This document shows, in pieces, positions 1 through 8,684 of a DNA stretch of 64,000 bases. The translations under genes and the position numbers were made by a program. Every line of letters begins with the position of its first letter. Position 1 is the stretch's first letter. The DNA is from Nitrospirota bacterium. Lineage in GTDB: Bacteria > Nitrospirota > Thermodesulfovibrionia > Thermodesulfovibrionales > UBA9159. Where the stretch lies: assembly GCA_963699545.1 (NCBI GenBank), contig CAVOUE010000003.1, forward strand, positions 288,001-352,000. Direction: 5' to 3'. Under the pieces are notes generated by a model. That model was not told the origin of the DNA and searched no databases. It saw only the letters and a program-made list of their open reading frames with translations.

Positions 1-102
1 GCGTTCGACGGGGAAGCCCTCATCTCCTTCCTCGTGCTCGTCGCCTACTCGGTTCTCTTTCTGATTTACGGCTCACGGATTATCAAGGAATACAGCGAAT
101 AA
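1..102 (+). CDS. 3' end of a membrane protein, possibly an ABC-2 type permease (partial)
   Basis: Frame 1 reads AFDGEALISFLVLVAYSVLFLIYGSRIIKEYSE-stop, a terminal TM helix followed by a short charged tail; truncated by the window edge. Confidence 0.5.
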   Translation, partial: AFDGEALISFLVLVAYSVLFLIYGSRIIKEYSE

Positions 103-186
103 AGAAAGGCTGACCGCGCAAAGGACAACCGATGCCAAAAGAGAACTCTGTTTAACCCGTGTCATTGGTCAGGCGACGATTTCACC

Positions 187-345
187 CTACGCGCCGTGTC
201 TTCCAGTGTCATACAGAGCTTCAATGTCGAAGGCGGGCACCGTAACTGAGACGTAAATGAGCTTCTCCGGTCCTACATCTTCGATAGCGTACTCCACGTT
301 TGAGGGAATATAGAGGAGATCACCTGCCTGTACGTCAGCTATTGA
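187..345 (-). pseudogene. Cupin-like C-terminal fragment
   Basis: DVQAGDLLYIPSNVEYAIEDVGPEKLIYVSV resembles cupin motif 2; no credible start or motif 1 upstream. Confidence 0.4.
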
Positions 346-463
346 TAGAGCGAGAAAGGCACGCACGCCCCCAGGACATGATTCTTCTTTCCCGAAGCGA
401 TCGAATGTGAGATAATATCCCTGAATAGTCTTCACGCTATCAACATAAAAAAGAGAGGTCACC

Positions 464-1510
464 ATGAGTAAAATCACATTTGAGAGCATTGAATCAGAGG
501 TGAGATTCCATAACCCCCTCAGGGATTTTGCAGAAGACCTCCACAGGCTTGAAATCCGCAAAGACCCCCTTCTGGGCGATGTGAGCGTGTATAACCCCTA
601 TCTCAAGGACAAGGCAAAGGCATTCTTCGGCGACTGTGACCCCGACCTGATAAGGCAGCTCGTTGAAGAGAGCGCAAAGACCTGTTTCTTGTGCGGAGAA
701 AAGCTTGAAAAGGTCACCCCGCGCTTCACCTCGGATTTTCTCGCTGAAGGTCGACTGAGGGTCGGAGAGGCGGTGCTTTTCCCGAATCTTTTTTCGCTCG
801 GTACGCATCACCCCGTCGTCTGTCTGTGCAAGGCCCATTTTCTCAGGCTCTCCGAGTTTGATCAGAATCTGATGGCGGACGGACTCACGGCGGCACAGAA
901 GTTCCTGAAGATCGTCTATGAGAAAGACAGGTCCGCCGCCTATACCGCCGTAACAGCGAATTATCTCTTTCCGGCAGGCGCGAGCCTTGTTCACCCCCAC
1001 CTCCAGATGGTCATAACGCCCGTCCCCTATTCATATCATGCGAGACTCCTTGACGCCGGGGATGCCTATTACCGTGAAAACGGCTCGCCCTATTTCACCG
1101 ACCTTGTCCAAAAGGAGAGGGCCGGCTCGAGATATGTCGCCCGAAAAGGACGGTGGCACTGGCTTGCCCCCTTTTCTCCTATGGGCAATAATGAGTTCCT
1201 CGCGATCCACGAGACCGAGGCTGATTTCGGTGACCTTACATTGTCTGATCTGAAAGACCTGTCCTATGGCATATCAAGGGTGCTCGCCTTTTATGAGACC
1301 CTTGGCCACCTGAGTTTCAACTATGCGGTCTATTCTGTCAGGGGAGATCGCTCTTCGGGAGGCTTCCGCTGCCTTATCAAGATCATATGCAGACAGAACC
1401 TTTATCACAACTACCGGAATGACGACTATTTCCTGCAGAAACTTCTCCAGGCAGAACTTATTATAACGCCTCCTGAAGAGCTGGCCGGACTGCTGAAGGG
1501 ATACTTCTGA
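464..1510 (+). CDS. GalT-like galactose-1-phosphate uridylyltransferase (HIT superfamily)
   Basis: CFLC Zn motif, FPNLF, GASLVHPHLQ catalytic HxH motif; GAGG RBS. Confidence 0.8.
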   Translation: MSKITFESIESEVRFHNPLRDFAEDLHRLEIRKDPLLGDVSVYNPYLKDKAKAFFGDCDPDLIRQLVEESAKTCFLCGEKLEKVTPRFTSDFLAEGRLRVGEAVLFPNLFSLGTHHPVVCLCKAHFLRLSEFDQNLMADGLTAAQKFLKIVYEKDRSAAYTAVTANYLFPAGASLVHPHLQMVITPVPYSYHARLLDAGDAYYRENGSPYFTDLVQKERAGSRYVARKGRWHWLAPFSPMGNNEFLAIHETEADFGDLTLSDLKDLSYGISRVLAFYETLGHLSFNYAVYSVRGDRSSGGFRCLIKIICRQNLYHNYRNDDYFLQKLLQAELIITPPEELAGLLKGYF

Positions 1511-1521
1511 CAGGGACAGGC

Positions 1522-1553
1522 GGCAGTCCCCGGTACGATGTCCGGGAACTGCC
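1522..1553. terminator. Hairpin between convergent genes
   Basis: GGCAGTCCCCGG / CCGGGAACTGCC, 11 of 12 bp paired. Confidence 0.55.
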
Positions 1554-1567
1554 CGGGGTGAAGGAAC

Positions 1568-1960
1568 TTATTTCTCTTCCTTTTTCTTCTCTTCTTTCTT
1601 CTTCTTGCCGGTGAGATAGGCCTCTGTAGGCCTCCATCCGAAAACAGCCGTCTTGCCAAATGCGTTCAGCGCCGCTCCGCCGGCTGCGGAAGCGATGGCC
1701 GCGAAGAACGCGAAAGGAAGGGCCACCACATAGGCGATGCCGATGAAGGGAGCAGCCGCTATCCTGCCCACTGTCTTCAATACATTCCGGGAGCCGGTCC
1801 TTCTCATGAACTCAATATCGTCTTTTCCCTCATTGATCACTGCCGCAAAGGGTCTGGGTTTCAGAACTTCGGCAAACAGAATGTACCCTGCAATGAACAT
1901 TACGGAGATGATGTACTCGACTCCTTTTATGTGCGTTATGTAATCATACAGTGTATACAT
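1568..1960 (-). CDS. Small membrane protein with HmcD-like N-terminus; C-terminal half paralogous to 2010-2273
   Basis: GGAG RBS; MYTLYDYITHIKGVEYII plus TM helix; APFIGIAYVVALPF...FGWRPTEAYLTGKKK. Confidence 0.75.
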   Translation of the reverse strand: MYTLYDYITHIKGVEYIISVMFIAGYILFAEVLKPRPFAAVINEGKDDIEFMRRTGSRNVLKTVGRIAAAPFIGIAYVVALPFAFFAAIASAAGGAALNAFGKTAVFGWRPTEAYLTGKKKKEEKKKEEK

Positions 1961-2009
1961 TTTCGCTCTCCTTTCTTTTGGTCATTTCTTTTGTAAATTC
2001 AACCCGCTT

Positions 2010-2273
2010 TTATGGGTTGTCATCCTTTCTCTTCCGCTCCTTCTTCTTTCCTGCCAAATGGGCCTCCAAAGGCCTCCATCCGAAAGAGACCAGATCGCCT
2101 GCCAGGCCGGCCATCCCTTCCAGAGCCTTCTTTCCTATCATTGCGACCACTGTTCCGATCGCTATGAACGGCAGCGCGATGACATACAGCAGTCCCGCAA
2201 AAGGTGCCACGACCAGGTTCCAGTACACGTTCTCGCTTACCTTATGTCTTGCCTCTGCTGTCATTTCCTTCAC
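2010..2273 (-). CDS. Small membrane protein, paralog of 1568-1960
   Basis: APFAGLLYVIALPF...FGWRPLEAHLAGKKK; similarity to the neighbouring gene supports a real CDS. Confidence 0.75.
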   Translation of the reverse strand: MKEMTAEARHKVSENVYWNLVVAPFAGLLYVIALPFIAIGTVVAMIGKKALEGMAGLAGDLVSFGWRPLEAHLAGKKKERKRKDDNP

Positions 2274-2633
2274 CCCCTTTTCTCTTTTTCTGTCTTCCTG
2301 ATCCTATTTAATCACAAAGCAAGGGGGAATATAATTGGAAGAAGTTCCTATTTTCGTGGGAAACTTGTAGTACTTGGGATGGGGAAACACCGTAAGACGA
2401 ACTTTCAAGGCGCGAAGGCGCGGGTACGGTGCTGTGTGAACTTGACAAAGCGGAAGCAAAGGGTATGGTCCTCTTATATGTCCCCCTGGAGCGTCAGGCC
2501 CGCCGTCTGCGTTTTCTCGAATTCACGGCGGGCTGCGCCTTCATACCCCGGTTTCCCCTGCTCATAACGTCGTTTGGGTATCGCATACGTTTCAGTATGA
2601 ACTTTTTCGGGTTCCGGCACTTCACCTGCGATA

Positions 2634-3455
2634 TTACTTGAGCATCGGGATCTTTTCTGCCATACCTATCTTTCCATGCTCTATCCTTGTGTGGCACCAC
2701 AGGCAGTCTATCTGCTTCTGCGCCACATGCTTCTCATGCACGAATTTCACATCACTGTACACTTCCGCCCTTTCCACATGGCAGAAATAGCATTTGTCTT
2801 TGGGAGTAACGCCGTCACCTTTCGTCACTTCCGTGTGGCACTGAGCGCATGTGTAACCTGCCTTGAGGGCGTCGTCGTGAGAAAACGTTCTGCCCATAAC
2901 CATGATCGGCTGTTTTGGCGAAGAATGACACGAAGGACAACCCGAAAATGCCTGGGCATGAGAGGCCCCCTTGAAATGACAGAGGAAACAGACATTCATA
3001 GAGACCTTCACATGCGATCCTTGAACTATGTCCGAATGACAGCTTCTGCAGTGAAGTTTTATCCCCCGCTTCATGTCTGCAAAATGAGTCTTATGGTCAA
3101 AGGTTATGCCCCGTTTTGTAAAGGTGACTTTTGACTCCACAAGCCTTTTGTCATGACATCCGGACTGCAGGCAATTCTTGTCAGGGACATTGGTGAGAGG
3201 ACGAGGATTGTATGCTCCGGCCAGGAACATAAATTGCCCGACAAGCGCCCTGGTCGGTGAATAATCATGGCATTTCAGGCAAGGGACCTTGTTGTGAGTG
3301 GAGGTCTCCCATTGTTTATAGTACGGAGTGATGAAATGGCACACCTTACAATTCTTTGGAGAAGGGAAAACAACGGTCAAAGCATAAATATATATTCCTC
3401 CCATTATCACTGCAAAGACCAACGCAAGCAGAATGATTTTCTTACTCATGACCAC
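2634..3455 (-). CDS. Membrane-anchored multiheme c-type cytochrome (NapC/NirT-like N-terminus, about 9 hemes)
   Basis: N-terminal TM helix; 8 CxxCH (CKVCH, CLKCH, CRSCH, CFLCH, CPSCH, CAQCH, CYFCH, CLWCH) plus one CX4CH (CLQSGCH). Confidence 0.9.
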   Translation of the reverse strand: MVMSKKIILLALVFAVIMGGIYIYALTVVFPSPKNCKVCHFITPYYKQWETSTHNKVPCLKCHDYSPTRALVGQFMFLAGAYNPRPLTNVPDKNCLQSGCHDKRLVESKVTFTKRGITFDHKTHFADMKRGIKLHCRSCHSDIVQGSHVKVSMNVCFLCHFKGASHAQAFSGCPSCHSSPKQPIMVMGRTFSHDDALKAGYTCAQCHTEVTKGDGVTPKDKCYFCHVERAEVYSDVKFVHEKHVAQKQIDCLWCHTRIEHGKIGMAEKIPMLK

Positions 3456-3519
3456 CTCTTTCCGTAATACCCATGATTATCCTCCTGTTTTCAGATTTTC
3501 TTGTTCTCCGAGCGAAACT

Positions 3520-3863
3520 CTATTGAGTCCTGGTTGGTGGTGACGCGTCCTCGGAAGGCACCTCCTTCTTTGCTGCACGTGCGAGCGCCTCCAGCGCATA
3601 GCCGATCATGGTCCCGAAGATCGCACCGACAATGATGGTGACCGATCCCACACACGTGATGCCGACCACAATTCCAAAGGCCGTTACAATCCTCACCAGC
3701 GCCGTTGCCTGAAGAGGCCCTCCAAAGAGATGATTCAGGAGAACCAGCGTGCCATAACTGCCGAAGTAGAACCCCGGGATTATGCCGAATGCCAGAAACA
3801 CGATCCCCCAAGAACCGCCCCTACCTTTGTCCCCATTCTCAGCATCTCTGTTTTCGCTTTCAT
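3520..3863 (-). CDS. Gly-rich small membrane protein, paralog of 3898-4221 (1-nt deletion in the G5 run at 3805-3809)
   Basis: AGGAGG RBS and ATG at 3863 give MKAKTEMLRMGTKVGAVLG; adding one G joins this to the 3520-3801 ORF (IVFLAFGIIPG...). Confidence 0.75.
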
Positions 3864-3897
3864 TGTATTGCCCTCCTTCAGGTTTCTCACCACGGTA

Positions 3898-4221
3898 TCA
3901 GTATTTGCTGTTCGCCCCTGCCTCCACGGCATGTCTGGCCTTCAAGGAACCGAACGTATATCCTGCAAGCCAGCCCGCCGATGCGGAGCCTGCGATGAAG
4001 ATAACAGCCGATACAAGGACTCCCACGAGCATTGACATGCCCACGAGCAGTCTCGGCATGAGCGCCGAGCTGACCGGATGACCGAACAGGCTGCCCGCCA
4101 TATTAAGGCCTATCACCCCACCGAGCAATGAGCCCGGCAGCAGACCCGCCACCGCAAAAAGGACCAGACCCGCGCCTACCCCTATGTAAGCCATCTTTTT
4201 TGCTGTCTCTCTTGTTTTCAT
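3898..4221 (-). CDS. Gly-rich small membrane protein
   Basis: AGGAGG RBS; hydrophobic helices with GxxxG repeats; GLLPG...LFG.P...R pattern shared with the downstream gene. Confidence 0.8.
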   Translation of the reverse strand: MKTRETAKKMAYIGVGAGLVLFAVAGLLPGSLLGGVIGLNMAGSLFGHPVSSALMPRLLVGMSMLVGVLVSAVIFIAGSASAGWLAGYTFGSLKARHAVEAGANSKY

Positions 4222-4260
4222 CTTCCTATCCTCCTTTCTTTGTCTTCATGAATATGATTA

Positions 4261-4275
4261 ACAAGTTCCATGCCA
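4261..4275 (-). promoter_or_regulatory. Putative sigma54 (-24/-12) promoter
   Basis: Minus strand TGGCATGGAACTTGT versus consensus TGGCACG-N4-TTGC, correct spacing, 40 bp upstream of ATG 4221. Confidence 0.6.
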
Positions 4276-4448
4276 TTTGTAATGCCCCGGTTTTAAAAGA
4301 TACTCCTGCATGTTGTTCTTGCAGTACTGAGAAAACGTACCTCCTCTTTCTGCAATTGTGCAAAAAACAGGGCTTAGGAAAAGCAGCATGCTCCTTGGTA
4401 CATCTGCGGTGACGGTTCTTATCGGCAGGGAAGGGTGAGGGAGGATGC

Positions 4449-4841
4449 TCACTCGGGACGGTCAGGAATTGATCCCTTTTCTCCTTCCTCTCCGTCGCCC
4501 TCTTCGATGCTGAGATGGAATTTATGAAGGAAGCGATGGTAGAAGGGCGCAAAGAGGACCGCAACGAAGGTGAGAAAGGAGATGCCGCTGAACAGGGCAT
4601 ACAAGGCCGAAAAGATCTTGGCCTTGTTCGTTTCAAGGTGATCGACAGGCCCCATGCCGGTGAGGATCATGCACGCGTTCAGGAAAGCATCGATCCATGA
4701 AAGGTTCCCCCAGTAGTGGTACCCTGCTGTGCCGGCACCGACAGAAAAGGCCAAGATCAGCAGGGAGAAGCTGACATACCGCGCCTGACGCGCAATGAAT
4801 TCCCTGCGGCTGAGCAGCGGTTTCCCATGATGTTCGAACAT
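4449..4841 (-). CDS. Two-TM ion-channel-like membrane protein
   Basis: Start MFEHH after a GGGAGG RBS; TM, then WIDAFLNACMILTGMGP pore-helix-like segment, then TM. Confidence 0.7.
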   Translation of the reverse strand: MFEHHGKPLLSRREFIARQARYVSFSLLILAFSVGAGTAGYHYWGNLSWIDAFLNACMILTGMGPVDHLETNKAKIFSALYALFSGISFLTFVAVLFAPFYHRFLHKFHLSIEEGDGEEGEKGSIPDRPE

Positions 4842-4854
4842 GTCTTCCCTCCCT

Positions 4855-6219
4855 CTATTTCGGCAGGATGAAATAGAAATTATTCCCGTACTGGGTGGCT
4901 TCGTATCCCACAATGCCGCCGTGGATCTCCACCGCGTTCCTTATGAAAGCGAGCCCGTGTCCGGTGCCGGGTCTGTTCGCGACGTTGCTCCCCCGGTATT
5001 CGTCTTCAAATACCCGCTCCCGTTCCTCAGCGGGGATATGCTGCCCGGTGCTGAACACATTGTATTTGATCCCGTCCTGTCCGGGCCCGAAGCAATCCCT
5101 GATGACCTCACGGCCATAGGAGATATACTTCTTCCGCTCACCGGATTCCGTGACGACCTCCTGGGCATACTTCAGGGAGTTGGAAAAGAGATTGGCGTAC
5201 ACCTGGGCCATGAGGCCTACGTCCACAACGCTGATCACCTCTTCATCGGGTATTCCGCTCAAACGGTCATCCACTGCGATCCCCATGTCCCTGAACTGTC
5301 CGGAAAAGCGCTCCAGCTGCGGCTCCACCACATCTTTTTTCATATTGCACGGTTTCTTCCGAAGGGTGAGGCGTCCCTTGTCAAAATGGCTCCTGCGGAA
5401 GAGGGTCTCGAGGAAGAGACTCATGTTCTGGTAATGCTTTTCGATGTTCTCCATCTCTTCCAGGAGCCCCTGATTCACCTCGGTCAGTTCAGCCAGGATA
5501 TGCTCCAGCGAGAGGCCCTCCCCGGGTTCCCCGGCGGCGCACCTGGTCAGGAGCTTTTCCAATTCGCGGTTCTTGACGACCTTCTTCCTCAGATGTTTCA
5601 GGTAGAGCTTATACACCATGTTGGGAGCGATGATGTTGTGTTCGATGTCCGCCACAAGCGTCCTGATGAACCTCAGGTGCTCAATGTTCTTCTCAAAGAG
5701 AAAGCGGTTGTGGATATTGAATCCGATGCGGTTGGCGTACTTCTCAAAGAAGAGCTCGGTGTGGGGACTCTTGTCCCTCACCGGATAGACCTCCAGGAGT
5801 CCGAGGACATCATCCTGGGTCTTGAAGGGGAGCTGGTCGATGAGGAGTTTCTTTCCCCGGAGCGTGAGCACCAGGCTGTCATACCATGTGTAAAAGGGAT
5901 GTTCGGCGGGCCTCACGTCTTCGGGCGGGGAAGTGTGCAGCCCCTTTTCAGGGTCTTCCGTCTTTGCCACGAGGGAAAGGTCACCGTGTTTCGGGTCAAT
6001 GAGATAGAGCCGCGCCTCGAGGTTGAAGAATCCCTTTGGGATCGCGACGCACATCAGGTAAAAATCACCGGTGCTGTCGAATTCCTGGGCAAGGTCGAAA
6101 AAGGTCTTGAAGGCGTCATTCTCCGCCTGCGTGAAGTCATACCCGGTATAATCGGCCTTCTTGTTCTCGATCCGGTGCAGGATGTAGTCAAGTGTAGCCA
6201 TTTCTTCCTTAGCGCTCAA
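4855..6219 (-). CDS. Cytoplasmic sensor histidine kinase
   Basis: N box QVYANLFSNSLKYA, G2 box GTGHGLAFIRNAVEIHGG, atypical H box DIEHNIIAP; no TM helix. Confidence 0.85.
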   Translation of the reverse strand: MSAKEEMATLDYILHRIENKKADYTGYDFTQAENDAFKTFFDLAQEFDSTGDFYLMCVAIPKGFFNLEARLYLIDPKHGDLSLVAKTEDPEKGLHTSPPEDVRPAEHPFYTWYDSLVLTLRGKKLLIDQLPFKTQDDVLGLLEVYPVRDKSPHTELFFEKYANRIGFNIHNRFLFEKNIEHLRFIRTLVADIEHNIIAPNMVYKLYLKHLRKKVVKNRELEKLLTRCAAGEPGEGLSLEHILAELTEVNQGLLEEMENIEKHYQNMSLFLETLFRRSHFDKGRLTLRKKPCNMKKDVVEPQLERFSGQFRDMGIAVDDRLSGIPDEEVISVVDVGLMAQVYANLFSNSLKYAQEVVTESGERKKYISYGREVIRDCFGPGQDGIKYNVFSTGQHIPAEERERVFEDEYRGSNVANRPGTGHGLAFIRNAVEIHGGIVGYEATQYGNNFYFILPK

Positions 6220-6306
6220 CCGATATGAAAGGATTGGAAACTCCTTTCATTATACCAGAACTCCTTCAGAGGGAAAGGGATGAACCGCACCGTCTCTACG
6301 GACGGT

Positions 6307-7152
6307 TCACAGGAGCCTGTTCAATGTCCGGATTAATGCCTCGGCCACCCGCGCCATGAACTCAGGGGACAGGCTCTCCGACATGTCATGGGGAGTATGA
6401 TAGTTGGGGTTACGGAACATGGCGGTATCGGTTATCATGACCGCGGGATACCCCGCATCCCAGAACGGGGCGTGGTCGCTGGACCTCGTTTCGGGAAGCA
6501 GAAACCCCCTCAGGGGAAACGTGTAGGTCACCACGTTGAGCCCGGTCGCCAGGCTTGCGGCTTCTTCCGTGAACGCCGCCATTATGCCTTCCGCCTTCCT
6601 GTTGCCCACCACCCCTATAAAATCTCCCACCCTCGGAGCTTTCACAAAGGGCGGCAACACCTGGCTTTCCGGCTTATTGCTGACGTATCCCACAGACTCC
6701 AGGATAAACACCGCCCCATACCGATGCCCCAGGCTCTTCATTTTCTTTACAAAATGCCTTGACCCGATGAGGAATGAAAAGGTGCCAACCTGGGGCTCTT
6801 CCAGGGTAAAGGCAACATGTTTCAGTCCTTCCCGCGGACCGAGAACCCTTGCGGCCTCGAGCATGACCGCGACTCCCGATGCATTGTCATCGGCCCCGGG
6901 ACTCTCCGTGACGGCATCATAATGGGCGCCGACTAGTATCCACTCACTGCGGTCTTGTACTCCCGAGGGTGTTGCCACGATATTCCAGTGGAGCCTTCCG
7001 TCGAGCCGGAATTCATCCCTCTCAACGGTAAAGCCGTATGAGGCAAACTCCTTTTCGATGTATTCCGCCCTTTTTACGAGTTCGTCGTATTGATTATGGC
7101 CGTCCCGCAGGCCCTCAATTTTCCTCACTGTATCAAGTATCCTGTCTTTCAT
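6307..7152 (-). CDS. M28 family peptidase
   Basis: GAHYD, PGADDNASG, FTLEE, SDHAPFW, YHTPHD motifs. Confidence 0.9.
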   Translation of the reverse strand: MKDRILDTVRKIEGLRDGHNQYDELVKRAEYIEKEFASYGFTVERDEFRLDGRLHWNIVATPSGVQDRSEWILVGAHYDAVTESPGADDNASGVAVMLEAARVLGPREGLKHVAFTLEEPQVGTFSFLIGSRHFVKKMKSLGHRYGAVFILESVGYVSNKPESQVLPPFVKAPRVGDFIGVVGNRKAEGIMAAFTEEAASLATGLNVVTYTFPLRGFLLPETRSSDHAPFWDAGYPAVMITDTAMFRNPNYHTPHDMSESLSPEFMARVAEALIRTLNRLL

Positions 7153-7184
7153 GGTTTATCTTACCAAAAATGGTAAACTGACAA

Positions 7185-8120
7185 ATGCCTGACCTCCTCC
7201 TTTCCTTTGGCTGCATCATACTTGCGGGCGTCGGGGTAAGACGGCTGTCCCTGGGCCTGGACGCCGGTACCCTGCGACAGGCGATCAATGCTTCTGTGTT
7301 CAACATCTTCCTCCCGGCCTTATGCATCAAGATCGTCTATAACGCTGCTCTTGACAGCGAGACCCTCCTTGTCCCTGCCACCGCATGGATCACGACCATT
7401 TCAGGCCTGTTGATCTCCGTTGCTGTCTATAGCCTGACTCAGAGGATGCTCCGCATCACGCCGGCGGAGAAGGGAGTGCTGGTCCTTGCCGCGGCCTTCG
7501 GCAATGTGATGTACCTCGGACTGCCGGTCCTCACGGGATTGTACGGATATGAGGCGGCAAAATACGCGCTCTTTTACGACCTTCTCGCCACAACCCCGCT
7601 GGTCTGGCTTGCAGGAGCTTCCCTGGCATCAAGGTACGGGGAGGGAAAGGAATTCCGGATAGGGGAATCGCTGAAGACCCTGGCATCGTTGCCGCCGGTG
7701 TGGGGCATCGTTGGAGGGATGCTCCTGAAGTTCGCCCATGTTCCGCTCCCTGCCTTTGTCCTGAAGGCCCTCGGAATGTTCGGCGACCTTGTGGTGCCTC
7801 TCATGATCTTCACCATCGGACTTGCCCTGACCCTCCCCGGGGTAAAGCATGCCTATGCGATCGTCCCTGCGGTGCTCATCAAGCTCCTTGTTGTCCCTCT
7901 CATCTCCGGCGCCACAGCGTTCCTCCTCGGCATAAAAGGCACGGCCCTCGCCTCGTGCCTTATCGAAGGGGCCATGCCCGCCATGGTGCTCACACTCGTC
8001 ATGGCGTCACGCTTCAAACTCGATGAATCCCTGGCGGCCTTCGTCATCGTGGTAACCACGGTCATATCTTTTGTCACCTTGCCCCTCACCATTCATCTGG
8101 CGGGTTTACTCATCCGTTGA
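7185..8120 (+). CDS. AEC (auxin efflux carrier) family transporter
   Basis: About 10 TM helices; FGNVMYLGLPV and EGAMP motifs. Confidence 0.85.
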   Translation: MPDLLLSFGCIILAGVGVRRLSLGLDAGTLRQAINASVFNIFLPALCIKIVYNAALDSETLLVPATAWITTISGLLISVAVYSLTQRMLRITPAEKGVLVLAAAFGNVMYLGLPVLTGLYGYEAAKYALFYDLLATTPLVWLAGASLASRYGEGKEFRIGESLKTLASLPPVWGIVGGMLLKFAHVPLPAFVLKALGMFGDLVVPLMIFTIGLALTLPGVKHAYAIVPAVLIKLLVVPLISGATAFLLGIKGTALASCLIEGAMPAMVLTLVMASRFKLDESLAAFVIVVTTVISFVTLPLTIHLAGLLIR

Positions 8121-8563
8121 TCCCAGGACCCCTCCGCCCGGACAATGAGCCATTTCGTGCGTTCTTTGTCAAGGGTGAATCTCAGGGGGAAGGGCGTCTT
8201 GATATCCCCAATGATGTATCCTGTCTCATTCCCGGAGGTTGCGACAACACGTACATCCAGTTCAGCCACGGCCGTATTGTCCGAGACCCGGATCTTCAGG
8301 TCCCCGTATTCAACGCCTATGTCCGAAAGCTGCTGGAACTCCCGCTTCAGTGTTTCCTTAAGAGAAAGGTATGTCATGCCGTGATCATCCCGGTAGTTGA
8401 ATGACACCTTTGCCATGACCCCGTCGAGGTCTCCGGATTCCACGGCCGCCGCTCCCTCTTTGAAAAGCTTCCTGATCCTGCTTTCATCGGAAGGCCAGAG
8501 CAGATAGGCGGCGATGATCATGACCAGGAGTGAAAACAGCGAGATTATCCTTTTTTTATTCAT
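8093..8563 (-). CDS. NTF2/SnoaL-like exported hypothetical protein
   Basis: Start MNKKRII after GAGG; N-terminal TM; AVESGDLDGVM...YRD pattern. Confidence 0.65.
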   Translation of the reverse strand: MNKKRIISLFSLLVMIIAAYLLWPSDESRIRKLFKEGAAAVESGDLDGVMAKVSFNYRDDHGMTYLSLKETLKREFQQLSDIGVEYGDLKIRVSDNTAVAELDVRVVATSGNETGYIIGDIKTPFPLRFTLDKERTKWLIVRAEGSWDQRMSKPAR

Positions 8564-8684
8564 GCCACGCACCTCAAGACCAATCTTATCACAGAAGCGG
8601 TCACCGGAGAAGTGCGAAAGGGAAGCCCTCAGTGTGCACGTTGCGGGAAAGGGGTGCTTGCGGTACAATAACTCTGGGAATGCC

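Noticed and set aside
4840-6228. Long antisense ORFs (also 28836-29921, 54309-55382, 55153-56451)
   Set aside because: They shadow well-supported genes on the opposite strand and carry no recognisable motifs; common in GC-rich DNA
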